From positions 1 to 29,505 of IMG/VR virus record IMGVR_UViG_3300002091_000087: DNA of 29,505 bases. The stretch is one strand, 5' to 3'. This DNA comes from a virus. Lineage: Duplodnaviria > Caudoviricetes. The position numbers were made by a program, and so were the translations under genes. This document shows positions 26,354 to 29,505 of this stretch, in pieces (position 1 is the stretch's first letter; each line of letters begins with the position of its first letter). The notes beneath the pieces were generated by a model, which saw only the letters and a list, made by a program, of their open reading frames with translations, was not told where the DNA came from and did no database searches.

Positions 26354-26376
26354 AACCCCTTTATAGGGGTTTTTTT
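26354..26376 (+). terminator. Intrinsic terminator after sheath gene
   Basis: AACCCCT-ttat-AGGGGTT followed by a T-run. Confidence 0.85.
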
Positions 26377-26388
26377 ATTTTAAACGGA

Positions 26389-26396
26389 TATTTATA
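26389..26396 (+). promoter_or_regulatory. Putative late-promoter motif TATTTATA
   Basis: Lies between the terminator and ATG 26406, where a new promoter is required. Confidence 0.55.
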
Positions 26397-26405
26397 ATAA
26401 AAAAG

Positions 26406-28490
26406 ATGAGTAGAAAAGTTATTTTAACTACCGAGCAATATAATATGGTAATTTCAGAAGGTGCATGGGAAAATGTAAAATATGCGCTATCTAAAATGGG
26501 CCGTTATAAAGCTGACGGTAAAGTCTTCGGTAAAAGTGGCGTTGACGCTGAATACCAAGCCAAAATTCAAGCTATAATTGATAAGAAGGGTAATGAGGTC
26601 ATTAAGAAACTTAATGACGAAATTAAGTCTAAAAATCCAGAATTTCCAAATAATAAAAAGGGTGGTGATTTCTTAAATACTGTAATGGAAATTGCAGCGG
26701 TATATGATTCAATAGTTGAAGCTACTAAGAAGGAACAAAGTGATAAAACTTATCTTCCAGAAAAGGCGGCTAATGATATTATTGAAGACTTACGAGAATA
26801 TGTAAGAAAATTCCTTGACGTTGATTTAACAGCCGCATATTCAGTTGTTGATGAAATTGAAGGGAATAATTTAGAATTAACTGAAGATGAAGAATCCACT
26901 ATTGATGAAGCTTGGGGACTAGGTGAGGTTCATGTTCAATATCCTAAAGGTTATAGAAAGGGTGAACCAGAAAATATTTCAAACCCAGTTGAACTTAATC
27001 CTAATGATACATCAGGACAACCAAATAAGGGTAATCCAGAAGATATATCACAACCAATTGAGTTGGACCCAAAAGATACATCAAAAGGTGAACCTGAAAA
27101 TATTTCACAACCAATTGAGTTAAATCCTAACGATAGTCGAGTTGCTAATAGTACAGGTCAACAATCAAATTCTTCCCAACAATCAGTTGGTGGGCAATCA
27201 AATGGTGGACAATTACCAAATGGTAAAACTAAAGTTAATGTTAGTGGTCAAGGAACTAATAAAAATAGGGGTAATGGCGGTGAATATGTCGATTTTGAGG
27301 ATATTCCTAACGGACAACAAAGTAGTGGTTCACAACCTAATACTGGCGGTTCACAACCTAATACTAGTGGGCAGTCATCTCTTCCACGTGGAACCCAAAA
27401 TAAAGATTTAGATGCTAAAGACGTTAGGTCTAAATTACAAGGTAAAAATGCTGGACAAAACTTCCAATCGAAACGAATGGATAGTCTTAACTCCAATAAT
27501 TTATCAATGATTTTAAACACCCTTGGTATTATATTAGGTCCAATTGGTATAACTGGTATAGTTACTGGTGGTCTAACCAAATTGATTAGAATGAAAGGGT
27601 TAAAACAATCAAGGGCTAAGACATTAAATGATTTATATCAATCAATTGGTTCAATAAATGGTAATCAACCAGAAACACCTGAAAATCCAGAAGGTCAGCC
27701 AGCTCAACAAACACAAGGCAAAGGCGGTACAGTTAAAAGTAGTTCAGTCGATAGTGCGTTAAATAAAGACTTACAAAGCCTATTCAAGTTCTTAGTTTCA
27801 AACAGAAAGAAATTAGGTGTACGTTCGAATCCTAATGTTGGAACTGGCTCAGCTCTTCAAGAAGGTAGGTATATAAAAGATAAAAGATTAGTACAATTTC
27901 TCCAAAAAAATCTATCTGTTGATAAGTTAGCTTTGTTTGAAGATTTTATGGGTCGAATTGAATTAATTAGAAATAGGGTTAAGAAGATAAATCCTAAAGA
28001 GAATCAAGCAATGGCTAATTTCTATCAGAAATTAAGTACTAATCCAATTATGTTAACTGATTTCCAAAAATTATTTGCAATTGATTCAAATAATCCTAAA
28101 GCTGTTAATGCTTTAAAAGCATTTATTGATGATGTATTTATTACTGTTTATTCTGGTAAGTTTAAATATGAAGGATTAATTGATAAGATGGCCTCATTAA
28201 ATGAAGAAGGTGGTGCTTATAATTTTGTAGAACCAAATAAGTCATTCCTAAACGATGCACAAAATAGGGGTACATTTAAAAAGAACTTAGTTAACTTCTT
28301 AGTTGTAATAATTAGTATCTCTCAATATCTAAGTGGTGCCACTAGACCTACGCCAAAGGTAGCACCTAAAAAGAAACCTCAACAAACAAAAAACTATGCG
28401 TCTGAATCAGTTATTGATGAAAGCCAGAAATTAATTAATGAAGAAATTGGGCGAATAAAAAAAATAATTGATAATGTGAATAAAAACTAA
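26406..28490 (+). CDS. Hypothetical 694-aa protein, probable internal virion protein
   Basis: Helical N- and C-terminal regions, a central low-complexity Q/S/G/N/P region with repeats, and one hydrophobic Gly-rich segment. Sits between sheath and tube. Confidence 0.7.
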   Translation: MSRKVILTTEQYNMVISEGAWENVKYALSKMGRYKADGKVFGKSGVDAEYQAKIQAIIDKKGNEVIKKLNDEIKSKNPEFPNNKKGGDFLNTVMEIAAVYDSIVEATKKEQSDKTYLPEKAANDIIEDLREYVRKFLDVDLTAAYSVVDEIEGNNLELTEDEESTIDEAWGLGEVHVQYPKGYRKGEPENISNPVELNPNDTSGQPNKGNPEDISQPIELDPKDTSKGEPENISQPIELNPNDSRVANSTGQQSNSSQQSVGGQSNGGQLPNGKTKVNVSGQGTNKNRGNGGEYVDFEDIPNGQQSSGSQPNTGGSQPNTSGQSSLPRGTQNKDLDAKDVRSKLQGKNAGQNFQSKRMDSLNSNNLSMILNTLGIILGPIGITGIVTGGLTKLIRMKGLKQSRAKTLNDLYQSIGSINGNQPETPENPEGQPAQQTQGKGGTVKSSSVDSALNKDLQSLFKFLVSNRKKLGVRSNPNVGTGSALQEGRYIKDKRLVQFLQKNLSVDKLALFEDFMGRIELIRNRVKKINPKENQAMANFYQKLSTNPIMLTDFQKLFAIDSNNPKAVNALKAFIDDVFITVYSGKFKYEGLIDKMASLNEEGGAYNFVEPNKSFLNDAQNRGTFKKNLVNFLVVIISISQYLSGATRPTPKVAPKKKPQQTKNYASESVIDESQKLINEEIGRIKKIIDNVNKN
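26958..27140 (+). repeat. Three ~57-bp coding repeats KG.PE.IS.P.EL.P.D
   Basis: Units start at 26958, 27027 and 27084. A further 21-bp GSQPNT duplication is at 27327/27348. Confidence 0.85.
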
Positions 28491-28498
28491 TTCACATA

Positions 28499-28505
28499 TA
28501 TTTAT
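28499..28505 (+). promoter_or_regulatory. Putative late-promoter motif TATTTAT upstream of tail tube
   Basis: TATTTAT followed by an A-rich leader to ATG 28537. Confidence 0.5.
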
Positions 28506-28536
28506 TATAATAAAACGAAAATTAAACTAAAGAAAT

Positions 28537-29025
28537 ATGTCAGATTTATTAATGAAAATGCCATTACCATACGAACCTAAAAGGAAAAATCGTTGGCTTA
28601 TCACTTTTCCAGCCGATTTAGGTATTCAACAATGGTGGTTATCAACAGCTTCAAGACCTTCAATTACTCAGAATGAGGTGGAAATTCCATTCTTAAATAC
28701 CTCTACTTGGGTAATCGGTAGATTTGTTTGGGAATCAATTGACGTTACATTTAGGGACCCGATAGGTCCTTCCGCTTCTCAAGCGATTATGGAATGGGTT
28801 CGTCTTCACTCTGAATCAATTACTGGCCGTCAAGGTTATGCAGCTGGTTATAAGAGGCCAGTCGAATTGGAAATGCTTGACCCAACAGGTGTTGTTGTTG
28901 AAAAGTGGTTACTTGATGGAACTATGTTGACAAACGTTGGTTTTGGTGACTTAGCAATGGATGACGATGGTATCGCTGAAATTACCGCAACGTTACGTTT
29001 CGATAGGGCAATCTTACTATTCTAG
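28537..29025 (+). CDS. Tail tube protein (T4 gp19-like)
   Basis: YEPKRKNRW..RPSIT..EIPFLN..GRFVWESIDVTFRDPI..MEW..LDPTGVVVEKW..ITATLRFDRA. 162 aa, downstream of the sheath gene. Confidence 0.88.
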   Translation: MSDLLMKMPLPYEPKRKNRWLITFPADLGIQQWWLSTASRPSITQNEVEIPFLNTSTWVIGRFVWESIDVTFRDPIGPSASQAIMEWVRLHSESITGRQGYAAGYKRPVELEMLDPTGVVVEKWLLDGTMLTNVGFGDLAMDDDGIAEITATLRFDRAILLF

Positions 29026-29066
29026 TATCTTATTCGACAAAGCTATTTTATTATAATCGTCAAATA

Positions 29067-29098
29067 CTTGATTTATTAAAATTCTTTTAGTATATTTA
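29067..29098 (+). promoter_or_regulatory. Orphan sigma-A-like promoter
   Basis: CTTG + 20 nt + TATATTTA, the same architecture as the helicase promoter. No + strand ORF follows. Confidence 0.35.
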
Positions 29099-29100
29099 TT

Positions 29101-29133
29101 AAAAATACCTCATGATTATTATGGGGTATTTTT
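29101..29133. terminator. Hairpin/bidirectional terminator between convergent genes
   Basis: AAAAATACCTCAT-gattatt-ATGGGGTATTTTT inverted repeat (one G:U pair on the + strand), overlapping the stop of the 99-aa ORF. Confidence 0.65.
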
Positions 29134-29418
29134 ATTTAAATAATCGAGAAGTAAATCTCGAATTTGATTATCGTCAATAGATTCGGCTAATACTAATTTA
29201 AAATCGTTAAAAACATCTTTAATTAATGATTTTGTATGTTTAATAATTTTATTATATGACATATCTTTTTCAATTTTCATAAAATATCTAGGTATAAAAT
29301 AACAAAATAGCAAAAGCATATGCGACTTAGCCTTATTATTATTATCACCAAGCATATCTGGATGGTTAATAATAATGTACTCTTGTACTAAGTCATTATA
29401 TATTTCATACCCAACCAT
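29119..29418 (-). CDS. Hypothetical protein (99 aa)
   Basis: Unopposed ORF in AT-rich DNA ending in the hairpin. TATTTATA motif upstream on the minus strand (29484-29491). Confidence 0.55.
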   Translation of the reverse strand: MVGYEIYNDLVQEYIIINHPDMLGDNNNKAKSHMLLLFCYFIPRYFMKIEKDMSYNKIIKHTKSLIKDVFNDFKLVLAESIDDNQIRDLLLDYLNKNTP

Positions 29419-29505
29419 AGCATTATAATTAAAGTTAGTATTATTATAAATTTGTTTTAAAATATTTTTAGTTTTTCTAAAATTATAAATATATCTTTCA
29501 CTTAT

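Noticed and set aside
24556-27580. Short ORFs 24556, 25929, 26014, 26923, 27142 and 27248
   Set aside because: Nested within the sheath or 694-aa genes and consistent with codon-bias artefacts.
1-29505. Stop-codon reassignment, as in some large Bacteroidota phages
   Set aside because: Long genes are intact under the standard code, and TAG at 29023-29025 ends the tube gene at a plausible length.
1-29505. Giant eukaryotic virus or bacterial contractile injection system
   Set aside because: Sheath, tube and neck genes together with a replicative PolB, bacterial promoters and intrinsic terminators fit a tailed phage.

Overview
This is an AT-rich segment of a large myovirus-type (contractile-tailed) bacteriophage genome. 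The host is most likely in Bacteroidota, based on TTTG-N20-TATATTTG promoters and A-rich translation starts with no Shine-Dalgarno. In order, the window holds: a 5'-truncated fibre gene, an ArdC-like ssDNA-binding/zincin protein, a family B DNA polymerase, a minus-strand block (SNF2 helicase, glutaredoxin, gp13-like neck protein), gp14- and gp15-like genes separated by a frameshifted NUMOD1 remnant, and a chain of five Ser/Thr/Gly-rich fibre/appendage genes ending in a peptidase-S74 chaperone. These are followed by a compact GT9-like glycosyltransferase + sulfotransferase + small ORF + APS kinase (cysC) cassette, the tail sheath, a 694-aa unknown, and the tail tube. The best candidate for an undescribed system is virion glyco-sulfation: the enzyme cassette sits between fibre and sheath genes whose products are enriched in an [S/T]-G-x-T motif and, in the distal fibres, in Cys. 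All product calls come from motif recognition by eye; no database searches were run.
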